Shown one piece after another: positions 8,705-16,120 of a stretch of 32,069 bases of DNA; position 1 is the stretch's first letter, and each line of letters begins with the position of its first letter. The position numbers and the translations under genes were made by a program. Below the pieces are notes generated by a model. It was not told the origin of the DNA, made no database searches, and was given only the letters and a program-made list of their open reading frames with translations. The stretch covers positions 1-32,069 of the forward strand of contig DASXZF010000215.1 of the NCBI GenBank assembly GCA_036502065.1, read 5' to 3'. The stretch comes from Gaiellales bacterium (GTDB lineage Bacteria > Actinomycetota > Thermoleophilia > Gaiellales > JAICJC01).

Positions 8705-9409
8705 CTAGTCGCCCGCGAGGTCGCGCCGCTCCTGCTCCATCGAGCGGCGCAGGATCGCCGACCGGGCGACCCGGTCGAGCCCGTCCCAGAGCACGGTGGC
8801 GATGAAGTTCCCGCGCAGGTCGCGCTGCACCGACTGGGCGATCGCGTAGGTGTCGACGTCGAATCCGAGGTCGCCGTCCTGCATCACGACCCGCAGCCGC
8901 TCGCCTTCGAGCACGACGTGGCTCGTGATCAGCTGGGCGTCGTCGGCCGAGATCTGGAGGGCGTGGGCGCCGTACTCCTCGCCGTTTCGGCCCGTGCAGC
9001 GCATCGCCTGCCAGACGGTCATGCGCACGTGCTTGTGCCGGCCGGCGTTCACCTGCTCGGCGGCGTACACCGCCTGCATCAGCCGCTTCTCGACACCGCG
9101 GTCGACCGGGTCGAAGTCGATCGCGTAGCGGTAGAGCCCGTCGCCGAGCGGCTCGACCCGCAGCACCGTCGCATCGAGCCGGGCGGTCGTGTCGTCGTCG
9201 ACCCGGAAGACGACCCGCACCCGGTTCCCGGCCACGAGGCTGTGCTCGGTGACCACCTTGACGCCGCCCGCAGACAGGTCGACGGAACGCACCACCATCA
9301 GGCTCGTGCGGCCGTCGCGACCGACCGCCGCGCACGAGACGGGCAGCCGGACCATCACTCGGAAGAACTCCCTGCGCTCCGCATCCATCCAGTAAGGAAT
9401 CGGCCGCAA
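8705..9409 (-). CDS. PilZ domain protein (canonical PilZ plus a degenerate second PilZ-like half)
   Basis: N-terminal RREFFR (RxxxR) and DLSAGG (DxSxxG) c-di-GMP binding motifs. The second half carries RHKHVR ... QISADDA at equivalent spacing. TTG 9409 is the track start; ATG 9388 (MDAERREFFRV) is an equally plausible start. Confidence 0.78.
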   Translation of the reverse strand: MRPIPYWMDAERREFFRVMVRLPVSCAAVGRDGRTSLMVVRSVDLSAGGVKVVTEHSLVAGNRVRVVFRVDDDTTARLDATVLRVEPLGDGLYRYAIDFDPVDRGVEKRLMQAVYAAEQVNAGRHKHVRMTVWQAMRCTGRNGEEYGAHALQISADDAQLITSHVVLEGERLRVVMQDGDLGFDVDTYAIAQSVQRDLRGNFIATVLWDGLDRVARSAILRRSMEQERRDLAGD

Positions 9410-9438
9410 ACGGGCCGCCCTTTACCGCCGCGCGTGAC

Positions 9439-11070
9439 CTACTCGGCGTCCATGAACGGGTAGCGGTAGTCGGTCGCCGGCACGAACGTCTCCTTGAGCG
9501 TCCTCGGGCTCGTCCACCGCATCAGGTTCCACATCGACCCGGCCTTGTCGTTCGTGCCCGAAGCCCGCGCCCCGCCGAACGGCTGCTGGCCGATGACGGC
9601 GCCCGTGGGCTTGTCGTTCACGTAGAAGTTGCCGGCGGCGTTTCGAAGCGCTTTGGATGCGTGCTCGATCGCCCGGCGGTCGGTGGCGAAGACCGCCCCG
9701 GTCAGCGCGTAGGGCGACGTCGTGTCGACCAGCTCGAGCGTCTCATCGACCCGTTTCTCGTCGTAGACGTAGGCGGTCACCACCGGGCCGAACAGCTCGC
9801 GGCGCATGAGGTCGAAGCCGGGATCGGTGGTCTCGACGACCGTCGGCGAGACGAAGTAGCCCTGCGAGTCGTCGGTCTCGCCGCCGACCAGGACGTTCGC
9901 ATCCGGAGCCTCGGACACGAGCTTGACGGCGTCACGCTGAGTTGCGAACGCGCTCTCGTCGATCACCGCGCCCATGAAGTTGCGGAAGTCGCGCACGTCG
10001 CCCATCTGGATCGACGAGACCTGCTCCTGCAGCGCCTCGCGCAGCTGCGGCCACAGGTTCGAGGGTGCGTACACCCGCGAGGCGGCCGAGCACTTCTGGC
10101 CCTGGTACTCGAACGAGCCGCGCACGATCGCCGTGGCCACGGCCGCCGGGTCGGCGGAGGGGTGGGCGAAGATGAAGTCCTTGCCGCCGGTCTCACCGAC
10201 GAGCCGCGGATAGCCGCGGTAGCGGTCGATGTTCTGGCCGACCGTGCGCCACATGCCCTGGAACACGGGCGTCGAGCCGGTGAAGTGGATGCCGGCGAGG
10301 TCGGGATGCTCGAGCACCGCGTCGCCGATATCGGCGCCCGACCCGAGCACCATGTTGATGACGCCCGGCGGCAGCCCCGCCGCCTCGTACAGGCGCATGA
10401 GGAAGTACGCCGAGTAGACCGCCGTCGAGGCCGGCTTGTAGACGACGGTGTTCCCCATAAGCGCCGGCGCGGTCGGCAGGTTGCCGTTGATGGCGGTGAA
10501 GTTGAACGGCGCCACCGCGAACACGAAGCCCTCGAGCGGCCGGTACTCGATCCGGTTCCACATGCCGGGCGAGGACACGGGCTGCTCGCTCATCAGCCGG
10601 TGCATGTAGCTCGCGTTGAAGCGCCAGAAGTCGATGAGCTCGCAGGCCGCGTCGATCTCGGCCTGGTAGACGGTCTTCGACTGGCCGAGCATGGTGGCGG
10701 CGTTCAGCGTGTCGCGCCACGGCCCCGCCAGCAGCTCGGCGGCACGCAGGAAGACGGCAGCCCGCACCTCCCACGGCGTCTCCGACCACTCCTTGCGGGC
10801 CGCGGCCGCCGCCTCGATCGCCTGTGCGACCTCGGCCGGCCCGCCGCGGTGGTACTCGGCCAGCACGTGCTCGTGGTCGTGCGGCATGACGACCGTGCCC
10901 GTACGGCCGGTGCGCACCTCGCGCCCGCCGATGATCATCGGTATCTCGGTCTTGGTGGCCGCCAGCTCGTCGAGGCGGGCTTTGAGCGACGCCCGCTGCG
11001 GGGATCCCGGCGGGTAGTCGTGCACCGGCTCGTTGCGCGGTGCGGGGAGTATGAAGACGCCTGCAGTCAT
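9439..11070 (-). CDS. pruA: L-glutamate gamma-semialdehyde (1-pyrroline-5-carboxylate) dehydrogenase
   Basis: 543 aa, of the long actinobacterial PruA type. Motifs ETGGKDF and EYQGQKCSAASR (catalytic Cys). N-terminus ...PAPRNEPVHDYPPGSPQRASLKARLDEL. Confidence 0.93.
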   Translation of the reverse strand: MTAGVFILPAPRNEPVHDYPPGSPQRASLKARLDELAATKTEIPMIIGGREVRTGRTGTVVMPHDHEHVLAEYHRGGPAEVAQAIEAAAAARKEWSETPWEVRAAVFLRAAELLAGPWRDTLNAATMLGQSKTVYQAEIDAACELIDFWRFNASYMHRLMSEQPVSSPGMWNRIEYRPLEGFVFAVAPFNFTAINGNLPTAPALMGNTVVYKPASTAVYSAYFLMRLYEAAGLPPGVINMVLGSGADIGDAVLEHPDLAGIHFTGSTPVFQGMWRTVGQNIDRYRGYPRLVGETGGKDFIFAHPSADPAAVATAIVRGSFEYQGQKCSAASRVYAPSNLWPQLREALQEQVSSIQMGDVRDFRNFMGAVIDESAFATQRDAVKLVSEAPDANVLVGGETDDSQGYFVSPTVVETTDPGFDLMRRELFGPVVTAYVYDEKRVDETLELVDTTSPYALTGAVFATDRRAIEHASKALRNAAGNFYVNDKPTGAVIGQQPFGGARASGTNDKAGSMWNLMRWTSPRTLKETFVPATDYRYPFMDAE

Positions 11071-11076
11071 GGCCCT

Positions 11077-11082
11077 ACCCTA
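11077..11082 (-). promoter_or_regulatory. -10 element TAGGGT for a leaderless pruA mRNA
   Basis: On the minus strand TAGGGT lies 6 nt upstream of ATG 11070. No SD. Confidence 0.4.
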
Positions 11083-11094
11083 TCGCGAGGCCGG

Positions 11095-11100
11095 TACGAT
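11095..11100 (+). promoter_or_regulatory. -10 element TACGAT for the aldehyde dehydrogenase gene (leadered; SD GGGAGGA 11117-11123)
   Basis: TANNNT hexamer about 30 nt upstream of ATG 11130, with a strong SD 6 nt before the start. The 12-mer GGCCGGTACGAT recurs at 14739-14750. Confidence 0.35.
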
Positions 11101-11129
11101 TGACCCGCTGACCACCGGGAGGACAGGCT

Positions 11130-12575
11130 ATGAGCGTCGCGCTGAAGCGCTTTTCGAATCACATCGGCGGCAGGGCCACCGAGTCGAGCTCGGGTGAGAC
11201 CATCGACGTGATCAACCCCGCGACGGGCGAGGTCATCGCCGCCGTCCCGAGCTCGACCGCCGAGGACATCGACCACGCCGTCGAGGCCGCCGAGCGCGCC
11301 TTCTTCGGCGACTGGCGGGACACCACCCCGTCCGAGCGGTTCGAGCTTCTGAACCGGTTCGCCGATGCACTCGACGAGCACGCCGAGGAGCTGGGCGAGC
11401 TCGAGTCCCTGAACGTCGGCAAGCCGCGCGGCGCCGCCGTCGAGGAGGTCGCCGGCGCATCCGACTGCCTGCGCTTCATGGCCGGCGCCGCCCGCACGCC
11501 CGAGGGCCAGGCCGCCGCCGAGTACGTGCGCGGCTCGACGTCGATGATCCGGCGCGAGCCGATCGGCGTCGTCGGCCAGATCACGCCCTGGAACTACCCG
11601 CTCATGATGGCGGCCTGGAAGATCGCTCCGGCGCTCGCGGCCGGGAACACGGTCGTCCTGAAGCCGTCCGAGATCACCCCGCTCACGACGCTGCGGCTGG
11701 CCGAGATCGCCGCCGACATCCTGCCCGAGGGCGTGCTGAACATCGTCTCGGGCTACGGCGACCCCGTGGGCGCGGCCATCTCGTCGCACCCGCGCGTCCG
11801 CATGGTGTCGATCACGGGCTCGGTCGAGTCGGGCAAGAAGGTCGCCCGCGCGGCCGCCGACAATCTGAAGCGCGTCCACCTCGAGCTGGGCGGCAAGGCG
11901 CCGGTGATCATCTTCGACGACGCCGACATCACTTCGGCCGCCGAGACGATCAAGGCGGCCGGCTACTGGAACTCGGGCCAGGACTGCACCGCGGCGACCC
12001 GCGTCGTGGCCGGGCCGAAGGTGTACGACGACTTCCTGGCCGAGCTTGTGAGCCAGGTCGAGTCGATCAAGGTCGGCGACCCGTCCGAGATCGACGACAT
12101 CGACATGGGCCCGGTCGTCTCGCGGCGCCAGCAGGAGCGCGTGCTCGGCTTCCTCGAGCGGGCGACGTCGGCCGGCGCGAAGATCGCGACCGGCGGCGAC
12201 GCGCTCGGAAACCGCGGCTTCTTCGTGAAGCCGACGGTCGTCACCGGCGCCGAGCAGCGCTCGGAGATCATCCAGAAGGAGGTCTTCGGGCCTGTCGTCA
12301 CGGTGCAGCGGTTCGCCGACGACGATCAGGCGATCGCATGGGCAAACGACGTCGAGTATGGCCTGGCAGCCTCGGTCTGGACCGAGAGCGCCAAGCGCGG
12401 CCTGCGCGCCGTCGGCAGGCTGCAGTACGGCTGCGTGTGGCTGAACGACCACTTCACGGTCTTCAACGAGATGCCGCACGGCGGCTTCAAGCAGTCCGGC
12501 TACGGCAAGGACATGAGCAAGTACGGGCTCGACGACTACACCATCGTCAAGCACGTGCTGGCGAAGTTCGCATAG
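11130..12575 (+). CDS. NAD-dependent aldehyde dehydrogenase (aminobutyraldehyde / betaine-aldehyde dehydrogenase-like)
   Basis: 481 aa. Motifs ELGGKAP and GQDCTAATR (catalytic Cys) and PWNYPLMMAAWK. Strong SD. Confidence 0.93.
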   Translation: MSVALKRFSNHIGGRATESSSGETIDVINPATGEVIAAVPSSTAEDIDHAVEAAERAFFGDWRDTTPSERFELLNRFADALDEHAEELGELESLNVGKPRGAAVEEVAGASDCLRFMAGAARTPEGQAAAEYVRGSTSMIRREPIGVVGQITPWNYPLMMAAWKIAPALAAGNTVVLKPSEITPLTTLRLAEIAADILPEGVLNIVSGYGDPVGAAISSHPRVRMVSITGSVESGKKVARAAADNLKRVHLELGGKAPVIIFDDADITSAAETIKAAGYWNSGQDCTAATRVVAGPKVYDDFLAELVSQVESIKVGDPSEIDDIDMGPVVSRRQQERVLGFLERATSAGAKIATGGDALGNRGFFVKPTVVTGAEQRSEIIQKEVFGPVVTVQRFADDDQAIAWANDVEYGLAASVWTESAKRGLRAVGRLQYGCVWLNDHFTVFNEMPHGGFKQSGYGKDMSKYGLDDYTIVKHVLAKFA

Positions 12576-12592
12576 GCCACCGGCTCAGCCCT

Positions 12593-12623
12593 GCACCAAA
12601 AGGGGTCAGACCCCTTTTGGTGC
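12593..12623 (+). terminator. 31-nt perfect palindrome GCACCAAAAGGGGTC-A-GACCCCTTTTGGTGC (hairpin / REP-like terminator)
   Basis: 15-bp arms around a single central base. It starts 18 nt after the aldehyde dehydrogenase stop and contains the GGGGTCAGACCCC unit. A promoter-like TAGCCT follows it. Confidence 0.5.
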
Positions 12624-12651
12624 GGCGGCGCAGTCTGCGCGGGAGTCCGGC

Positions 12652-12657
12652 TAGCCT
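12652..12657 (+). promoter_or_regulatory. -10 element TAGCCT for a leaderless ABC ATPase mRNA
   Basis: TAGCCT 6 nt upstream of ATG 12664. It is the same hexamer and spacing as at the DUF2252 gene. Confidence 0.4.
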
Positions 12658-12663
12658 GAAGAC

Positions 12664-13557
12664 ATGGCCCCCGTCGTTCAGGCCGAGTCGCTGACCAAGC
12701 GGTTCGGGAAGCTCACCGCGGTCGACAACCTGTCGTTCGCGCTCGAGCCCGGCACCATCACCGGCTTCCTCGGCCCGAACGGCGCGGGCAAGACGACGAC
12801 CCTGCGCATGCTGCTCGGCCTTGCCCGTCCGACGCAGGGAAGCGCCCGCATCTTCGACCTGCCGTACGCCCAGATCACGCAGCCGGCGCTGCGCATCGGC
12901 GCCGTGCTCGAGGCGACCGACTTCCACCCCGGCCGCTCGGGCCGAAACCACCTGCGCACGCTGTCGCAGGCCGTCGGCATCCCCGATACGCGCGTTGACG
13001 AGGTGCTGCGCGTGGTCGAGCTCGAGAAGGCCGGCCACCGCCGCGTCAAGGGCTACTCGCTCGGCATGCGCCAGCGGCTCGGCCTGGCGGCGGCACTGCT
13101 CGGCGATCCCGAGCTGCTCGTCCTGGACGAGCCCGCCAACGGCCTCGACCCCGAGGGCGTGCGCTGGCTGCGCGACTTCCTGCGGACGTTCGCCGGCGAG
13201 GGCCACACGGTGCTCGTCTCGAGCCATGTCCTGGCCGAGGTCGCCCAGACGGTCGACCACGTGCTGATCATCAACGGCGGCAAGCTCGTGCGCGAGGCGC
13301 GCCTGGACGAGCTGACCGCGACGGTCAGCGGCGTCGTGCGCGTGCGCAGCCCGCAGGCGGCGCAGCTCGCCGAGGCGCTCTCGCGCGCGGAGATCGAGGC
13401 CGTCGCGAGCGACCACACCCTGCACGTGCACGGCACGACGACCGAGCGGGTCGGCGAGATCGCCGCGGCCAGCGGCGTCGTGCTGCACGAGCTCGTCGCC
13501 GAGCAGTCCTCGCTCGAGGAGGTCTTCCTCGAGCTGACCGCGGACGCGTCGCCATGA
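12664..13557 (+). CDS. ABC transporter ATP-binding protein (ABC-2 / DrrA-type exporter)
   Basis: 297 aa. Walker A GPNGAGKTTT, signature YSLGMRQRL, Walker B LLVLDEP. Confidence 0.93.
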   Translation: MAPVVQAESLTKRFGKLTAVDNLSFALEPGTITGFLGPNGAGKTTTLRMLLGLARPTQGSARIFDLPYAQITQPALRIGAVLEATDFHPGRSGRNHLRTLSQAVGIPDTRVDEVLRVVELEKAGHRRVKGYSLGMRQRLGLAAALLGDPELLVLDEPANGLDPEGVRWLRDFLRTFAGEGHTVLVSSHVLAEVAQTVDHVLIINGGKLVREARLDELTATVSGVVRVRSPQAAQLAEALSRAEIEAVASDHTLHVHGTTTERVGEIAAASGVVLHELVAEQSSLEEVFLELTADASP

Positions 13558-14291
13558 TCGTCCCCCAGACCCGCGCCGAGCTCTTGAAGATCCGCTCGAC
13601 CAGGACCGCGCTCGGCCTTGCGATCGGGATGGTCGCGATCATCCTCCTGTTCGTGCTCCTGACAGCGCTCTTGTCGTCGATCAGCGATCTGGGGCACAAG
13701 GAGCAGCAGCGCAGCCTGTTCAGCATCGGCAGCTTCGCCGGGATCTTCGCGGCGCTGGCCGGGATCATGCTCGTCACCGGCGAGTTCCGGTTCGGGACGA
13801 TCCGGCCGACGTTCCTGTTCACGCCGCGGCGCTCGGTCGTGCTGACCGCGAAGGTGATCGCGAGCTTCGCAGCCGGGCTCGTGCTCGCCATCGTCGGCGA
13901 GGTGCTCTCGGTGGGCGTGGGGTCGCTCATCCTGAACGAGCGCGGGATCTCGCTCGTGCTCGGCCACCACGACTACGAACTGCTGACGCTCGGGACGGTG
14001 GTCGGCACCGCCATCTGGGGCGGCATCGGTGTCGGGGTCGGCATGATCGTCCGAAACCAGGTCGGCGCGATCATCGGCATCCTGGCCTGGGGGTTCGTGG
14101 TCGAGAACCTGCTCTTCGCGCTCGTGCCCTCGCTCGGCCGGCTGACGCCCGGCCAGGCCCAGAACGGCTTCATCGGGCTGACCGACGCGCACCTGCTCAG
14201 CCCGGCCGCGGGCGGCGCCGTGCTGCTGGCCTGGATGGTCGTGCTGTGCGTCGCCGGCGGGGCGATGGCGGCGCGCAGCGACGTCAGCTAG
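13554..14291 (+). CDS. ABC-2 type transporter permease
   Basis: 245 aa with about 6 hydrophobic segments. Its ATG overlaps the ATPase stop (ATGA), indicating translational coupling. Confidence 0.8.
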   Translation: MIVPQTRAELLKIRSTRTALGLAIGMVAIILLFVLLTALLSSISDLGHKEQQRSLFSIGSFAGIFAALAGIMLVTGEFRFGTIRPTFLFTPRRSVVLTAKVIASFAAGLVLAIVGEVLSVGVGSLILNERGISLVLGHHDYELLTLGTVVGTAIWGGIGVGVGMIVRNQVGAIIGILAWGFVVENLLFALVPSLGRLTPGQAQNGFIGLTDAHLLSPAAGGAVLLAWMVVLCVAGGAMAARSDVS

Positions 14292-14296
14292 GCGCC

Positions 14297-14698
14297 CTAC
14301 ACGCCGCTCGGCGTCTCGCTCGGCAGCCGCAGCAGGTCGCGGATCGAGACGATGCCGACCAGGTCGTCACCGTCGACGATCGGCACGTGCCGGTAGCCGC
14401 CGTGCAGCATCATCGCCGCCGCCTGGCCGATCGTGGCGGTCTTCGCCGCGGTGTCGGGGTGGCGCGTCATCCAGTCGGCGACGGTGCCGTCGATGCTGCC
14501 CCGGCCGACCGCCCGCAGCACGTCGCGCTCGGTCATGATGCCCTCGAGCCGGCCGCCCTCGGTGACGAGGATCGCCCCCACCCGGCGCTCGGCCATGCGG
14601 TGGGCGGCGTCGACCAGCGAGTCGCCCGGCGCCGCGGTGAGGAGGTCGGCGCTCATGACCGCGGTGATGAACTCGTCCTCGGGGCGCTTGTACGGCAT
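14297..14698 (-). CDS. CBS domain pair protein
   Basis: 133 aa containing two CBS repeats (VGAILVTEGGRLEGIMTERDVLRAV and HVPIVDGDDLVGIVSIRDLL). Confidence 0.85.
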   Translation of the reverse strand: MPYKRPEDEFITAVMSADLLTAAPGDSLVDAAHRMAERRVGAILVTEGGRLEGIMTERDVLRAVGRGSIDGTVADWMTRHPDTAAKTATIGQAAAMMLHGGYRHVPIVDGDDLVGIVSIRDLLRLPSETPSGV

Positions 14699-14704
14699 CG
14701 GGCG

Positions 14705-14710
14705 ATCTTA
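14705..14710 (-). promoter_or_regulatory. -10 element TAAGAT for a leaderless CBS mRNA
   Basis: On the minus strand TAAGAT lies 6 nt upstream of ATG 14698. No SD. Confidence 0.4.
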
Positions 14711-14744
14711 CCTGCCGGTGCGCGGCCCGCGGGCACGCGGCCGG

Positions 14745-14750
14745 TACGAT
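14745..14750 (+). promoter_or_regulatory. -10 element TACGAT placing a leaderless start at ATG 14758
   Basis: TACGAT lies 7 nt upstream of ATG 14758. This supports the long form of the SirC-like protein. Confidence 0.4.
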
Positions 14751-14757
14751 CCACTCG

Positions 14758-15501
14758 ATGTCATCCCGGGTTCACGACGGCAAGCCATGCGTCTGCCAGC
14801 ACCGGCTCGAGCGCTGCGACCAGAGCTGCGTCGCCGACATGCTGGACACCACGTTCTACATGGCGTGCCTCAAGCTGACCGGCCGGCGCTGCCTCGTGGT
14901 CGGAGCCGGTGACGTCGGCCTCGAGAAGATCGAGGGCCTGCTCGCATGCGATGCCCGTGTCGATGTGATCGCCCCCGACGCCTGCGACGCGGTGCGCAAC
15001 CTGGCCGCGGTGGGCGACGTCGACTGGACGCGGCGGCAGTTCGAGCCGGGCGACCTCGAGGGCCGCTATCTCGCCATCGCCGCCACCTCCGACACCGAGA
15101 CGAACATCGCCGTGTTCGAGGAGGCCGAGCGCCGCTCGATGCTGTGCAACGTCGTCGACGTGCCGCCGCTCTGCAGCTTCATCCTGCCGGCGATCGTGCG
15201 CATGGGCCCGATCGCGATCGCGATCTCGACGGCCGGCGCGAGCCCCGCGCTCGCGAAGCGCATGAAGCGCGAGCTCGCCGCCATGTACGGCCCCGAGCAC
15301 GCCGAGCTGGCCGTGCTCCTGAACGAGGCCCGTGGCTGGGCGAAGTCGACCCTGCCGACGTTCGCCGACCGGCGCGACTTCTTCGAGGCGATCGTGAACG
15401 GCGACCCCGACCCGCTCGCGCTGCTGCGCGCGGGCGACCGCGCCGGCGTCGAGCGGCTGATCGCCGCGCGCCGCGCCGAGGCCGAGGCGGCGCTGGTCTA
15501 G
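14758..15501 (+). CDS. Precorrin-2 dehydrogenase / sirohydrochlorin ferrochelatase (SirC / CysG N-terminal-domain type) with a Cys-rich N-terminal extension
   Basis: LKLTGRRCLVVGAGDVGLEKIEGLL (NAD fold), NVVDVPPLCSFILPAIV, and ISTAGASPALAKRMKREL. The 27 codons before Met28 (14839) have high GC3 and a leaderless -10, so I keep 14758. ATG 14839 is the conservative alternative. Confidence 0.82.
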   Translation: MSSRVHDGKPCVCQHRLERCDQSCVADMLDTTFYMACLKLTGRRCLVVGAGDVGLEKIEGLLACDARVDVIAPDACDAVRNLAAVGDVDWTRRQFEPGDLEGRYLAIAATSDTETNIAVFEEAERRSMLCNVVDVPPLCSFILPAIVRMGPIAIAISTAGASPALAKRMKRELAAMYGPEHAELAVLLNEARGWAKSTLPTFADRRDFFEAIVNGDPDPLALLRAGDRAGVERLIAARRAEAEAALV

Positions 15502-15513
15502 GCACGCCCGCGA

Positions 15514-15529
15514 CCCCGGTCTCCCGGGG
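15514..15529. terminator. Short GC hairpin CCCCGG-TCTC-CCGGGG between the convergent sirC-like and infA genes
   Basis: 6-bp stem and 4-nt loop in the 36-bp convergent gap. No U-tract, so this is a weak call. Confidence 0.25.
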
Positions 15530-15537
15530 CCGCCCGC

Positions 15538-15756
15538 CTATTTGAACCTGTACGTGATGCGACCGCGCGTGAGGTCGTACGGAGAGAGCTCCACCTTGAC
15601 GCGGTCGCCCGGGAGGATGCGGATGTAGTAGCGCCGCATCTTGCCGGAGATGTGGCCGAGGACGTCGTGGCCGTTGTCCAGCTTGACCCGGAACATCGTG
15701 TTGGGCAGGGCCTCCGTGACCTCGCCCTCGACCTCGATGGTCTCTTCCTTGACCAA
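15538..15756 (-). CDS. infA: Translation initiation factor IF-1
   Basis: 72 aa, [72 protein letters not shown], a full-length IF-1. The start codon is TTG (15756-15754), 3 nt after the csp stop. Confidence 0.95.
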   Translation of the reverse strand: MVKEETIEVEGEVTEALPNTMFRVKLDNGHDVLGHISGKMRRYYIRILPGDRVKVELSPYDLTRGRITYRFK

Positions 15757-15759
15757 CGA

Positions 15760-15966
15760 CTAGCCGATCACCGTCACGTTGGTTGCTTCCATGCCCTTCT
15801 TGCCCTGCTGCGCCTCGAACTCGACCTTCTGCCCCTCCTCCAGATTCCGGTAGCCGTTTCCGGAGATGTTGGAGAAGTGGATGAAGAGGTCGGCGCCCCC
15901 GTCCTCCGGAGCGATGAATCCGAAGCCCTTCGAGGCCGAGAACCATTTGACTGTGCCAGAGGCCAT
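15760..15966 (-). CDS. csp: Cold-shock protein (CspA family)
   Basis: 68 aa from ATG 15966: [34 protein letters not shown]..., with RNP1 KGFGFI and RNP2 LFIHF. SD AGGAGA lies 6 nt upstream. The track ORF's 20 extra N-terminal codons are not supported. Confidence 0.95.
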   Translation of the reverse strand: MASGTVKWFSASKGFGFIAPEDGGADLFIHFSNISGNGYRNLEEGQKVEFEAQQGKKGMEATNVTVIG

Positions 15967-16063
15967 GAAGCTCTCCTGGTCGACGAAGTTTTGAACGACG
16001 CAGGTCACGCACTCACGGTCCCACACGCACGTCCATGAGCCCCACTGCGGAACTCACGCGCAG

Positions 16064-16069
16064 AATATA
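16064..16069 (-). promoter_or_regulatory. -10 element TATATT upstream of csp (about 90-nt 5' UTR)
   Basis: This is the most A/T-rich hexamer in the helicase-csp gap (minus strand TATATT). A long leader is typical of csp genes. Confidence 0.35.
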
Positions 16070-16120
16070 GACGAACAATTACGCCCAAATCCAGGCCTGA
16101 GCCCGGGTTTTACCGCCCGC

